Origin: Verrucomicrobiales bacterium
GTDB lineage: Bacteria; Verrucomicrobiota; Verrucomicrobiia; Verrucomicrobiales; SLCJ01
Reading direction: 5' to 3'
Assembly (NCBI GenBank): GCA_046075565.1
Contig: JBJTQJ010000030.1
Location: 40,873-104,872 of the forward strand
Length of the DNA: 64,000 nt
The notes beneath the pieces were generated by a model. It searched no databases. It was not told the origin of the DNA and saw nothing but the letters and a program-made list of their open reading frames with translations. Made by a program: the position numbers and the translations under genes. Position 1 is the stretch's first letter; every line of letters starts with the position of its first letter. This document shows positions 20,047 to 30,047 of the stretch, one piece after another.

Positions 20047-21543
20047 TCACCGGTTCATGCTGCCGGTCTCCAGGAAACGCTGGTGCATGACGAAGGCGCT
20101 GGCGAGCGTCTGGGGCGTGTGCCCGGCCGCCACACCGTGGAGGTAGGAATCGAGTTCGTCCCGGTAGGAAGGGTGAACGCAATTCTTGATGATCTCGTCG
20201 CCGCGTTCGGTCGGGTCTTTGCCGCGGAGATCGGCAATGCCCTGTTCGGTGATGAGCACCTGCACGCTGTGTTCGCTGTGATCCATGTGGCTGACCAGTG
20301 GCACGACCGTGCTGATGTTCCCGCCCTTGGCGACGGACGGACAAGTGAAGATGGAAATGAAGGCGTTGCGGGTAAAATCCCCGGAGCCGCCGATGCCGTT
20401 CATGAGGTCCGCGCCCATGACGTGGGTGCTATTCACGTTTCCGAAGATGTCGACTTCAATGGCGGTGTTGATGGAAATGATCCCGAGGCGCCGGATGAGT
20501 TCGGGATTGTTGGAAATCTCCTGCGGGCGCAGCACCATGCGATGCTTGAAGAACTCGAGGTTCTCATAAATCTCCGTGAGCAGGGAGGGGGAGACCGTGA
20601 GTGATGTTCCGCTGGCGAAAGTGATGTCACCGCTTTTCATCAATTCGATCACCGAGTCCTGCACGACTTCGGAGAACATCTCGAACGGCGGGATATCTGG
20701 GTTGGCACCCGTGGCCCCGAGCACGGCGTTGGCAATATTGCCCACGCCGGATTGGATGGGGAGAAAGGATTTCGGGATGCGTCCGGCGGCCAATTCGGCG
20801 CCGAGGAAACGCGCCACATTTTCGCCGATGCCCGCCGTGATCGGGTCGGTATCTTTGAATCCGGCCACTTCATCGGGCCGGTTGGTCCGCACGATGCCGA
20901 TGATCTTGTCCGAATCGACCCGCACTGCACGGCTGCCGATGCGATCGCGCACCGTCACCATCGGGATGGGCTGGCGGTGGGGAGGATCGTAAGGTTCATA
21001 GATGTCGTGAAGACTACGAAGGGCGACCGGATGGTATTCGTTCAACTCGATGAGGATTTTATCGGCGACATGGCAGAAGGTGGGAGCAGCACCGACCGAC
21101 GTGGTGAGCACGATTTGCCCATCGGCGGTCACGTCGCAGGCTTCGACGATGGCCAGATCGAATTTGCCGAGGAATCCATAGCGCACGTTTTGCGGCAACA
21201 CCGAAATGTGCATGTCGAAGAAATGGGTTTTGCCAGCGTTGATGCTCTTGCGCAGGGACTTGTCGGACTGGTAAGGCGTGCGCCAGGAAATCGCGTCGGC
21301 GCGGGCCAGTTCGCCATCGAGGGAATCTCCGGTCGAGGCTCCGGTCACGACACCAGTCTTGAATTCACGTCCGGCTTTATGTTCGGCGCGGGCGCGGGCT
21401 GCGATGGCCTGCGGGATGCTCTTGGCGGCGCCGGCGGGAGTGAATCCGCTGAAGCCGATGGTCATGCCATGTTGGACATGTTCGGCGGCTTCCGCGGGGG
21501 TGAGGTCCGGAAATCTTCTGGGAGTGCTGCGTTTGTAAGACAT
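20047..21543 (-). CDS. Succinate CoA-transferase (acetyl-CoA hydrolase/transferase family; ScpC/Cat1-like)
   Basis: [30 protein letters not shown] and NGIGGSGDF motifs. Confidence 0.93.
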   Translation of the reverse strand: MSYKRSTPRRFPDLTPAEAAEHVQHGMTIGFSGFTPAGAAKSIPQAIAARARAEHKAGREFKTGVVTGASTGDSLDGELARADAISWRTPYQSDKSLRKSINAGKTHFFDMHISVLPQNVRYGFLGKFDLAIVEACDVTADGQIVLTTSVGAAPTFCHVADKILIELNEYHPVALRSLHDIYEPYDPPHRQPIPMVTVRDRIGSRAVRVDSDKIIGIVRTNRPDEVAGFKDTDPITAGIGENVARFLGAELAAGRIPKSFLPIQSGVGNIANAVLGATGANPDIPPFEMFSEVVQDSVIELMKSGDITFASGTSLTVSPSLLTEIYENLEFFKHRMVLRPQEISNNPELIRRLGIISINTAIEVDIFGNVNSTHVMGADLMNGIGGSGDFTRNAFISIFTCPSVAKGGNISTVVPLVSHMDHSEHSVQVLITEQGIADLRGKDPTERGDEIIKNCVHPSYRDELDSYLHGVAAGHTPQTLASAFVMHQRFLETGSMNR

Positions 21544-21578
21544 GGGGAGCTAAGGTTCGTGTTGTGTTTGGCGATTGT

Positions 21579-21810
21579 TCAGTGCCCTCCGCGGAGCATG
21601 GCGAGGAAATATCCGGCCGCCAGCGCGGTGCCGATGACTCCTGCGACGTTCGGGCCCATGGCATGCATAAGCAGGTAGTTGTGGGGATCGTATTTCTGTC
21701 CTTCCACATGGCTGACTCGTGCGGCCATGGGGACGGCGGAAACTCCCGCCGAACCGATGAGCGGATTGATTTTGTCCTTGAGGAAAAGATTCATGAATTT
21801 CGCCATGACC
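21579..21810 (-). pseudogene. C-terminal fragment (~76 aa) of Na+-translocating methylmalonyl-CoA/oxaloacetate decarboxylase beta subunit
   Basis: [31 protein letters not shown]...[17 protein letters not shown] is the conserved OadB/MmdB C-terminus. Sequence upstream of it is antisense mutase. Confidence 0.9.
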
Positions 21811-23613
21811 TCGCCACCCACCGTGGCTACGATAGCGATCACCAGCGCGTCGTCGGTGATGTCGGCAAAGCCGGTGTGGCCATCGATAGCGTCGAGGACA
21901 TGAAAGTTCTCTTCAATGGCATCCCGCTCGACCGGGTTTCTGTTTCCATGACCATGAATGGGGCGGTCATTCCCGTTCTCGCCTTCTACATCGTCGCCGC
22001 CCTCGAACAAGGTTGCACGCTCGACCAACTCAGCGGGACCATCCAGAACGACATCCTCAAGGAATTCATGGTGCGGAATACCTACATCTATCCGCCCGCG
22101 CCATCCATGCGCATCATCGGCGACATCTTCTCTTACACCTCGCGCAAGATGCCGAAGTTCAATTCCATTTCCATTTCCGGCTATCACATGCAGGAAGCCG
22201 GAGCCACCGCCGACCTCGAAATGGGATACACCTTGGCCGATGGACTCGAATACCTGCGCACCGGAACGAACAGCGGACTCGACATCGATGCGTTCGCACG
22301 GCGACTCTCCTTCTTCTGGGCCATCGGAAAGAACTACTTCATGGAAATCGCCAAGATGCGCGCCGCCCGCGTGCTTTGGGCTCGCATCGTGAAAGGATGC
22401 AACCCGAAGAAGGCCGGCTCCATGGCCCTGCGTACGCACTCGCAGACCTCGGGTTGGTCGCTCACCGAACAGGATCCATTCAACAACGTCACCCGCACCG
22501 CCATCGAAGCCATGGCTGCCGCTTGCGGTCATCCCCAATCGTTGCACACCAATGCTCTCGACGAGGCCATCGCCTTGCCGACCGATTTCTCGGCCCGCAT
22601 CGCGCGCAACACGCAGCTTTTCCTTCAGGAAGAAACGGGCATCTGCAAGGTGATCGATCCATGGGGTGGCAGTTACTACGTCGAGGCTCTCACCGAAGCC
22701 CTCATGAAAAAGGCTTGGGCCCACATCGAGGAAGTCGAGTCGCTCGGCGGCATGACCAAGGCCATCGAAGAGGGGATTCCGAAACTCCGCATCGAAGAGG
22801 CCGCTGCCCGCCGCCAAGCCCGCATCGATTCCGGTAAAGAAACCATCGTCGGTCTCAACAAATACCGTCTCGAAAAAGAAGAGCCGCTCGACATCCTCGA
22901 CATCGACAATAGCGCGGTGCGCGAGAGCCAAATTAAGCGGCTCAAGGAGGTCAAAGGAAACCGCGACTCCGCCGCGTGCCAAGCAGCGCTCGAAGCGATC
23001 ACCAAATGCGCCGCCGGGGGCGAGGGCAACTTGCTCGAACTCGCGGTCGCCGCCGCCCAAGCCCGTGCCACCCTCGGGGAGATTTCCGACGCCATGGAGA
23101 AGGTTTTCGGTCGCTATATAGGCGAAGATCCGCTCCATTTCCGGTGTCTACGCCCGTGAATTCGGAACCGACAAAAATATGGAAGCTGTCCAGGAACTGG
23201 TGAAAAAATTCGAAGCCACCGAAGGCCGACGCCCCCGCATCATGATTGCCAAGATGGGGCAGGACGGTCACGACCGCGGGGCGAAAGTGGTCGCTACCGC
23301 CTACGCCGATCTCGGATTCGATGTCGATATCGGACCGCTTTTCCAAACTCCTGAGGAGACCGCCCGCCAGGCGGTCGAAAACGACGTGCATGTCGTGGCC
23401 ATGAGTTCCCTCGCCGCTGGTCACAAGACTCTCCTGCCCGCCCTCGTCGGCGAGTTGAAGAAACACGGCCGCGACGACATCATGGTCGTGTGTGGTGGGG
23501 TCATCCCGGCCCAGGATTACGATTTCCTCCTCGATAACGGAGTCAGCGCGATTTTCGGCCCGGGCACCGTCATCCCGGAGTCCGCCCGCAAGATCCTCGA
23601 ACTTCTTACCTAG
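21807..23613 (+). pseudogene. scpA: Methylmalonyl-CoA mutase (B12-dependent), 5'-truncated, with +1 frameshift near 23119
   Basis: Begins abruptly at [11 protein letters not shown]; has [29 protein letters not shown] and [10 protein letters not shown]. Removing T23119 restores [13 protein letters not shown] into the B12 domain ([11 protein letters not shown]). Confidence 0.92.
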
Positions 23614-23623
23614 GATTAAGATT

Positions 23624-24013
23624 ATGGAAACACTCAAGTTCCTCATCCAAAGCAAGAAAGCGGACCACCAACAACCACTCGATGTCGTGCGTGGTGCCGT
23701 CGAATGGCTGACCACCCAGTTGCGCAATGCCGAAGTGCCTTTCCACTACGCCGAGGGCGGATTCGGCCACGGGGTCTATGGCTATTTCCAAGTGAAGGCC
23801 CTGCTCAAGGACACGGCCATCACCCTCCACATCAAGGTGGCGGAGATCAATGGCAAGGCCTGCGCCTTCTCCGACATCCGCGTGCGCGGCCAACAGGACC
23901 GCCTGCTCTTCCCTTTCTTCGGGGAAATCTCCGGAGAAGAAGGGCGCTTGGATGTGCTCCATTACATCTGCGATTTCATCCTCAGCACCACGCCGGATGT
24001 GACCGCGTTGTGA
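23624..24013 (+). CDS. Hypothetical protein (129 aa) directly after the mutase
   Basis: ATG 10 nt after the mutase stop, AGGA upstream and strongly GC3-biased codons. No motif recognised. Confidence 0.75.
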   Translation: METLKFLIQSKKADHQQPLDVVRGAVEWLTTQLRNAEVPFHYAEGGFGHGVYGYFQVKALLKDTAITLHIKVAEINGKACAFSDIRVRGQQDRLLFPFFGEISGEEGRLDVLHYICDFILSTTPDVTAL

Positions 24014-24121
24014 AGACCGTCTGAAAGTTGCCGGACTCTTGAGCTTGCCTGCGCTCCCTGTCTGATGCCCCTTTCCCAAATGGGGAATGTCGTTTATGGT
24101 CGCGGCCCGACCGATCTTCGC

Positions 24122-25147
24122 ATGCGACTGCTCGTGCTCCAACTCAAACGAATTGGCGATGCCATTCTAACCGCTCCCGCGTTGCGGGCGCTGCGCTCCA
24201 CTGCGCCCGAGGCGAAGATCACGGTGGTCTTGCACGGTCCGAGCGGAGGACTGGCCGACCTCTTGCCGGGCGCGGACGAGGTTCTGGTCTGGAAACCGGG
24301 CGGCCTGAATTTGGCAATCCTGCGCGCCATCGCAGGCGGCGCGTGGGATGCGGTATTGGATTTCACCGGCACGGACCGTTCATTTTTCCTCACCGGGCTC
24401 GCGCGGGCGAACCAACGATTCGCTTACGCCAAGGCGGCGGGATCGAGTTGGTGGAAATCACGCGTCGCGAAGTTTCCGGTCGAGGCTTCGGCGACCGATT
24501 TGACCACCGTCGAATACCATTTGGCTCTGGTGAAGGCATGGGCGGAACAGAACGCTCTTCCCGCAAACTTCGAGAGCGAACCACCTCACCTCAAGCTGCC
24601 CAAAACCGAGCGGGCTGAAGATTTTCCTACCGAACGGTATGCGGTCATCCACCCCGGCACGGCGCGGGATGAAAAGTATTGGCCGGCGGAACGCTGGGTG
24701 GCTGTCGCCCGTTATTTGCAGGCCGCCCATGGACTTGACCTCGTGCTCACCGGTTCCCGGGACGAGCGGGAATTCAATCACCTCGCGCCCATCCGGGCGG
24801 CGGGTCTACCACTCCGGGATGAAGCGGGCAAACAGGATCTCGCGGGATCGGCCCGCATTATCGCAGGGGCGGAAATCGTGCTGAGCGTCGATTCGGCCGC
24901 CATGCATTTGGCCGGGCAGTTCGGGCGTCCCCAGATCGCTCTTTTCGGCCCGACCAATCCCTTCCATTGGGCGCCCCGCCACGCCCGGGCGGTCGTGCTC
25001 GGCCCCGGCGGACGTCATTTGCGCGCCGACGAACTTTCCCCGCGCGGCTATGAGGATGGCCAAATGGAAAGCATTCCGGCGGCCCGGGTGATGGCGGCCA
25101 TTGATGGTTTGTTGGGGGCTGGAGCCGGGGGAGAGGAAAACCGTTGA
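24122..25147 (+). CDS. Glycosyltransferase family 9 (ADP-heptose:LPS heptosyltransferase-like)
   Basis: [15 protein letters not shown]...KYWP and DSAAMHLA....PQIALFGPT motifs. Confidence 0.92.
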   Translation: MRLLVLQLKRIGDAILTAPALRALRSTAPEAKITVVLHGPSGGLADLLPGADEVLVWKPGGLNLAILRAIAGGAWDAVLDFTGTDRSFFLTGLARANQRFAYAKAAGSSWWKSRVAKFPVEASATDLTTVEYHLALVKAWAEQNALPANFESEPPHLKLPKTERAEDFPTERYAVIHPGTARDEKYWPAERWVAVARYLQAAHGLDLVLTGSRDEREFNHLAPIRAAGLPLRDEAGKQDLAGSARIIAGAEIVLSVDSAAMHLAGQFGRPQIALFGPTNPFHWAPRHARAVVLGPGGRHLRADELSPRGYEDGQMESIPAARVMAAIDGLLGAGAGGEENR

Positions 25148-25272
25148 CCAAACCGCCAACCGGGGCGACGGTTCCGGCCCGCGAATCCGTGGCATCTGGT
25201 CCGCCAATCCTTGGCTCCCGGTCCGCATTCACGGCTACCAACCGACTCAACCCTAACGGGAAATCATCATCC

Positions 25273-26307
25273 ATGGCAGCGAAAATCTACCGCGACAAAG
25301 ACGCCGATCTCAAGGTCCTCAAAGGCAAAACCTGTGCCGTCATCGGCTTCGGATCCCAAGGCCACGCCCACGCCCTCAATTTGAAGGAAAGCGGCGTCAA
25401 GGTCATTATCGGCCTCTACAAAAAGAGCAAATCCATTCCCGTGGCCAAGGCCAAGGGCTTCGATGTCCTCGAAACCGGCGAAGCCGTGAAGAAGGCGGAC
25501 GTCATCTTCCTGGCCGTGCCCGACACGAAGATTCCGGAAGTCTATGAAAAAGACGTGGCTCCGAATCTCAAGCCCGGCAAAACACTTCTGTTCTCCCACG
25601 GCTTGGCCGTGCACTTCAAACTGATCTCCGTTCCCGCGCAAGTGAACGTGATCATGGTCGCTCCGAAAGGTCCCGGCCACATCGTGCGCCGCCAGTTCAC
25701 CGAAGGCAAGGGCGTGCCCAGCCTCATCGCCATCCATCAGGATGCGACCGGCACGGCGAAGAAAATCGCTCTCGCCTGGGCCAAAGGCATCGGCGGCACC
25801 CGCGGTGGTGTTTTTGAAACCAGCTTCAAGGAAGAAACCGAAACCGACCTTTTCGGCGAACAGTGCGTGCTTTGCGGCGGTGCTTCCGCCCTCGTCAAGG
25901 CGGGATTCGAAGTGCTCGTCGAAGCCGGTTACCAGCCCGAGATGGCCTACTTCGAGTGCTTGCACGAACTCAAGCTCATCGTTGACCTGATGAACGAATC
26001 CGGCATTGCCGGGATGCGTTTCTCGATTTCGGAAACCGCCGAATACGGCGACGTGACCGTCGGACCGAAGATCATCGATGCTTCCGTGAAGAAGCGTATG
26101 GCCCAGCAACTCAAGTGCATCCAGAAGGGTGAATTCGCCCGCGAGTGGATGGCCGAATACAAGGCCGGATGCCCGAACTTCAACCGCATCCGCAAGGAAG
26201 AAGCCTCCCATCCGATCGAAGAAACCGGAGCCCGTCTCCGTTCGCTCATGCCCTGGATCAAGAAGCGCAAGGTGAAGACCGGCGCCGCTCAGGCCAGCTA
26301 CGAGTAA
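25273..26307 (+). CDS. ilvC: Ketol-acid reductoisomerase
   Basis: [39 protein letters not shown] and SISETAEYG motifs. Confidence 0.98.
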   Translation: MAAKIYRDKDADLKVLKGKTCAVIGFGSQGHAHALNLKESGVKVIIGLYKKSKSIPVAKAKGFDVLETGEAVKKADVIFLAVPDTKIPEVYEKDVAPNLKPGKTLLFSHGLAVHFKLISVPAQVNVIMVAPKGPGHIVRRQFTEGKGVPSLIAIHQDATGTAKKIALAWAKGIGGTRGGVFETSFKEETETDLFGEQCVLCGGASALVKAGFEVLVEAGYQPEMAYFECLHELKLIVDLMNESGIAGMRFSISETAEYGDVTVGPKIIDASVKKRMAQQLKCIQKGEFAREWMAEYKAGCPNFNRIRKEEASHPIEETGARLRSLMPWIKKRKVKTGAAQASYE

Positions 26308-26314
26308 GCAAACG

Positions 26315-26349
26315 AAAAAGAGGCCGGTGGAAACACCGGCCTCTTTTTT
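26315..26349. terminator. Bidirectional rho-independent terminator
   Basis: AAAAAGAGGCCGGTG-GAAA-CACCGGCCTCTTTTTT between convergent ilvC and the NMO-family gene. Confidence 0.9.
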
Positions 26350-26385
26350 GATCATGGTTGCTGTTCTCAGACGTTCACGAATTCG

Positions 26386-27807
26386 TCACCCGAGAAGATG
26401 ACGGATCACATCGCCGGAGGAGTAGCCATTTTCATCATCGCGTAAGAAGCGGGTGAGATGAACAAGATCATCACCGGCGGTGAGCAGCGGGAGCTCGGGT
26501 TCGCCGTTGCGCGTTTGGGCCAGACCAGCGGTAGCCAGCAGTCCGTTGCAAAGACAAACACGCCCGGGCGTTTCTTCCACTTCGCCACCTTTGCGAGTGT
26601 ATTGGGCGGGCGGTTCGGCCGGACAACGGAAAGTGACACCGCCGTCATCGCGGCGATAGGCATGGCGGAGGTAACCGAGGTCGCAGACACGTCCGCGGGC
26701 CTGGTAGAGAGCGGGTTCCATGACGGAGCCGGGCAGCGGGATAATCTTGAAGGGGAATCCGGTTGGCGAGGCCACCGGGTCGGTAAAGACGGTGGCTCGT
26801 CCGGCACGGACTTCCTTCAGGATGCGTTTTTTGAGCGAAGGGGCGATGCCGGATTCGTTGCTGAAGGCAAAGGCGGTTCCCACCTGCACCCCGGCGGCTC
26901 CGACGGCGAGTGCTTCCCGGAGTTTCTCGGGAGTGGCTTGCGAACCAGCCAGCCAAAATGGCAAACCGAGCTCGCGGATCTTCGCCAGATCGGGCACATC
27001 GCGCTCGCCGTAGATTGGTTCACCGGTGGGGCCGAGATTGATGCCGCCACGGGGCGGGGCATTGTGGCCACCAGCCAAGGGTCCTTCCACGACGAAACCT
27101 GCCACGCTGCCCGAGGCCTTTTTCGCCATGGTCAGGGCAAGGGTGTAGGACGAGATGATAGGAACAAAATTCGGTCTGGCGAGGGTCGGCGGCGTGCCGC
27201 CCCAGAATTCCGTTGGATCAAATCGCGTGTAGAATTCCTCTCCGGGGGCCGCGCCCTCGACATCGATGCGGAGTTTGGCCGCCTGACCGGTGGTGAAGCC
27301 GTCGATGATGCCGGGAATCGAGCGGGGGATGCCCGCGCCCATGAGCACATAATCAACCCCCGCGAGCATGGCGCCGTAGAGCGAGGGCAGGGTAGGGAGT
27401 TGGATTTTTTCGAGGAAATTGATGCCGATGAGGCCGGAGTGGCCGGATTTCGCAAGCGTGACTTCGACAAAGTTCCCCAGCACGGTCAATTCGACGAGCG
27501 GGCGAGGGGAATCGAGCGAATGCAGGGGAAGGGTCTGGAAGGGCTGGTCCGCCTTTTTTCCCCCCGCGATAAAGAACCTGTCCCAGATCCGGCTGGCCAT
27601 TTCCTGGTCGGGAAAGTCGGCCATCGCGCGTTCCATGTGTCCGCCGGGATCGCCGAGCTGAAGTCGCCGGGCCAACATGACATCAAGCGTGGTGCCGGAG
27701 ACCACCCCCAGTTGCCCAAGCATGGCCACCGATTGGGCCAATAACCAGCCGGAAACACCCACACCCATGCCACCCTGGATAATCTTAGGGGGGAATTCGA
27801 TTTTCAT
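26386..27807 (-). CDS. Nitronate monooxygenase/FabK-like flavoenzyme with C-terminal Cys cluster
   Basis: IIQGGMGVGVS, MGAGIP, EGPLAGGH, GVQVGTAF and SPTGFP motifs; C-terminal CDLGYL..RCPAEP..CLCNGL. Confidence 0.85.
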   Translation of the reverse strand: MKIEFPPKIIQGGMGVGVSGWLLAQSVAMLGQLGVVSGTTLDVMLARRLQLGDPGGHMERAMADFPDQEMASRIWDRFFIAGGKKADQPFQTLPLHSLDSPRPLVELTVLGNFVEVTLAKSGHSGLIGINFLEKIQLPTLPSLYGAMLAGVDYVLMGAGIPRSIPGIIDGFTTGQAAKLRIDVEGAAPGEEFYTRFDPTEFWGGTPPTLARPNFVPIISSYTLALTMAKKASGSVAGFVVEGPLAGGHNAPPRGGINLGPTGEPIYGERDVPDLAKIRELGLPFWLAGSQATPEKLREALAVGAAGVQVGTAFAFSNESGIAPSLKKRILKEVRAGRATVFTDPVASPTGFPFKIIPLPGSVMEPALYQARGRVCDLGYLRHAYRRDDGGVTFRCPAEPPAQYTRKGGEVEETPGRVCLCNGLLATAGLAQTRNGEPELPLLTAGDDLVHLTRFLRDDENGYSSGDVIRHLLG

Positions 27808-27893
27808 TGTGTTGAACTTCGCATCATGCAAAACAATCGCAATCAAAATAACGACCCATAGGTCGGAATTGCTTTTGCGAATGTGGATTTCGA

Positions 27894-27931
27894 CAAAAAA
27901 AGAACCCCGTCCCGGGATTCCGGAACGGGGT
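27894..27931 (-). terminator. Rho-independent terminator of the RRM gene
   Basis: Minus strand ACCCCGTTCCGG-AATC-CCGGGACGGGGT followed by TCTTTTTTT. Confidence 0.8.
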
Positions 27932-27952
27932 GGGAAGGGGAGTGGGAAAGAA

Positions 27953-28552
27953 TCAGGCTTCGGAGCGGGATTCGTCTTTCGGCTTGGCGCCGGAGACGAC
28001 CATCTTGCGGCCCATCACTTCCTTGTCGTGCAGGGTTTCGACGGCGCGTTTGGCTTCATCGACCGAGCCCATTTCGACGAACCCATAGCCTTTGGAGCGC
28101 TGGGTGCGGGAATTGGTGACGATTTCCACGGACAAGACGCGGCCGACCCCGTTGAAGATTTCCTCGAGATCGGTCTCGCTGGCGTCGTAGCTGAGGTTGC
28201 CGATGTAGAGGCGAGGGTTGGTAACCTCGACGACTTCGGGTTTGCGGGGTTCGCGAGGCGGGCGGGGGGTCCGGGCTTCGGCCGGTCCTTTCGATTGCTG
28301 CCGGGCGGGAATGCTCTCGCGGGTGACTTTGCCCGACGACGGGGCGGCGGCCTTGGCGGGAGCGGTTTTTTTTCCAAGGCCAATCATGCCGAGCAACCGC
28401 TGGGCGAGCGATGGCTTTTTGGGGGCATGGGATTTGGTGCCGTGGGAATGGTTGGAATGACCGGAATGGGAAGAGCGGCCTGGGCCGCGCTGGTTGCGGT
28501 TACGGTTGCGGCGTCGTGGGCCGGATTTCGAGGTACTGTGGGGCTGTGACAT
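27953..28552 (-). CDS. RRM-domain RNA-binding protein with long basic, disordered N-terminus
   Basis: RNP2 LYIGNL and RNP1 SKGYGFVEM. Start at ATG 28552 (MSQPH) is inferred. Confidence 0.9.
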   Translation of the reverse strand: MSQPHSTSKSGPRRRNRNRNQRGPGRSSHSGHSNHSHGTKSHAPKKPSLAQRLLGMIGLGKKTAPAKAAAPSSGKVTRESIPARQQSKGPAEARTPRPPREPRKPEVVEVTNPRLYIGNLSYDASETDLEEIFNGVGRVLSVEIVTNSRTQRSKGYGFVEMGSVDEAKRAVETLHDKEVMGRKMVVSGAKPKDESRSEA

Positions 28553-29031
28553 GTTTTGGTGCACGTTTTGGCGCTCGCTGGTCGCGGAAGCGGCGCTTTC
28601 TGATGTGGGCGGGGCATGGCGGCCGATTTCCGTGCGTTGGCGAGCCAGTTGCGAGAGAGGCGCGCGAAAGGCGGGGAGAAAATCCCCGGAAATGGACGAA
28701 GTCCGGACCAACCACCGGCGGCATCGCGGCCACTTCCATGGACACTGCGATGGCCGGGCGGTTTTCCCGCTTGGGGAGATCCCGATGGGCGCTTGGAACG
28801 ACCGACTCAGGTCGTGGGCTCCATGTCCATGCGGCATCGGCGACCGGATGACACGCCAGATTTCCTGAATTGGCGGGGTTATCGGTCGCGGTGCGTCCAA
28901 CGTTGGGCGAGGGAAAGGGCCGCATGGGGGTTCGGGAGAACTAAGAATCGCACACCGGAAGCCATTTGGGAAGCGAATTCCTGCGCTTGCCAGTTGCGAG
29001 ACGCCGCAAGCGGGTTAAAATCGCCCGGTTG

Positions 29032-30015
29032 ATGATACTTTCCCGATTCTTTCAATTTCGCTTCGCCATATTGCTTCTGACGCTGGCGGGGATCATGATT
29101 CCAGTCTCCCGCACCCACGCCCAACAGGCTGGAGCCGCCTCATGGGTGGTGGTGGACACCCATTCCTCCCGAATCCTCATGGAGCAGAATGGGAACAAGC
29201 GCCGGTCCGTCGATGGTTTCGCAAGCATGGCGACCGCGCTGGTGGCTATCGACTGGGCGCAACGTGCCGGGGTGGATTTGAACGCCAACGCGACCGTGCC
29301 CGGTTTCGTCTCCACTGCCGGGGTGGGAAATCCCATGGGCTTGCAGCCGGGCGATCAAGTTTCACTTCGGGATTTGCTGTATTCCATCGTTCTCGGCGCG
29401 GATGATGCGTCCTGCTTGACGATCGCCACAAGTGTCGGTCAGGATCTGCTCATGCGGCGCGGACGCCAAGGCGACCCTGTGGGAGAGTTCGTGAAGGAAA
29501 TGAATTATCTGGCGGCGATGAACTCGATGCGAGGCACCCGTTTCCAGACTCCGCATGGAGGCAACTGGGGGCGCACCTCCGGGGGTGTCACCACCACGAA
29601 CGATCTGGCCCGCCTCGCCATCTATGCCATGGCGAATGCTGGCTACCGCTTCTATTCCATGCAAGCGGAGCGCGCCGTCGCGATTTCGCGAGGTGGCGGT
29701 GTTTTCCGTTTCCGCATTTCCAACTCGAACCGTTATGCCGGTAAGGGTGGCGTGGACGGTGTCAAATCGGTCGCGCGGGCGGCGGGCGGTCCCGGGGCCA
29801 TTCTCACGTCAAAACGGAATCCCGAAGTCACCCACCTGCCGGATGGCCGGACCACTCTTTATCCGCGCCGGGTAATCGCGGTGACGGATGGCGCCGCCGA
29901 TTCGGTCGGTGTGGCATGGCAATTGCTCAACACGGGATGGCAGGAGTTCGACCGATGGACGGCGCAAGGTCGCCCCATGGAGAATCTCCGCACACTCAGT
30001 TCCACCGGTCGTTGA
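29032..30015 (+). CDS. D-Ala-D-Ala carboxypeptidase (S11)-like secreted protein with degenerate active site
   Basis: GLQPGDQVSLRDLLY, FVKEMN..A....M..TRF.TPHG and TTTNDLARLA match the S11 scaffold, but SxxK, SxN and KTG are altered. Confidence 0.82.
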   Translation: MILSRFFQFRFAILLLTLAGIMIPVSRTHAQQAGAASWVVVDTHSSRILMEQNGNKRRSVDGFASMATALVAIDWAQRAGVDLNANATVPGFVSTAGVGNPMGLQPGDQVSLRDLLYSIVLGADDASCLTIATSVGQDLLMRRGRQGDPVGEFVKEMNYLAAMNSMRGTRFQTPHGGNWGRTSGGVTTTNDLARLAIYAMANAGYRFYSMQAERAVAISRGGGVFRFRISNSNRYAGKGGVDGVKSVARAAGGPGAILTSKRNPEVTHLPDGRTTLYPRRVIAVTDGAADSVGVAWQLLNTGWQEFDRWTAQGRPMENLRTLSSTGR

Positions 30016-30047
30016 AACGCGGCCACACTCTACACTTCACACTCATC

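Noticed and set aside
21579..23138. 519-aa minus-strand ORF as a single novel protein
   Set aside because: Only the last ~76 aa are real (decarboxylase beta); the rest is antisense to the mutase.
28690..28712. GGACGAAGTCCGGAC as an RNase P RNA signature
   Set aside because: It only partly resembles GAGGAAAGTCC, and the other conserved RNase P elements are not seen.
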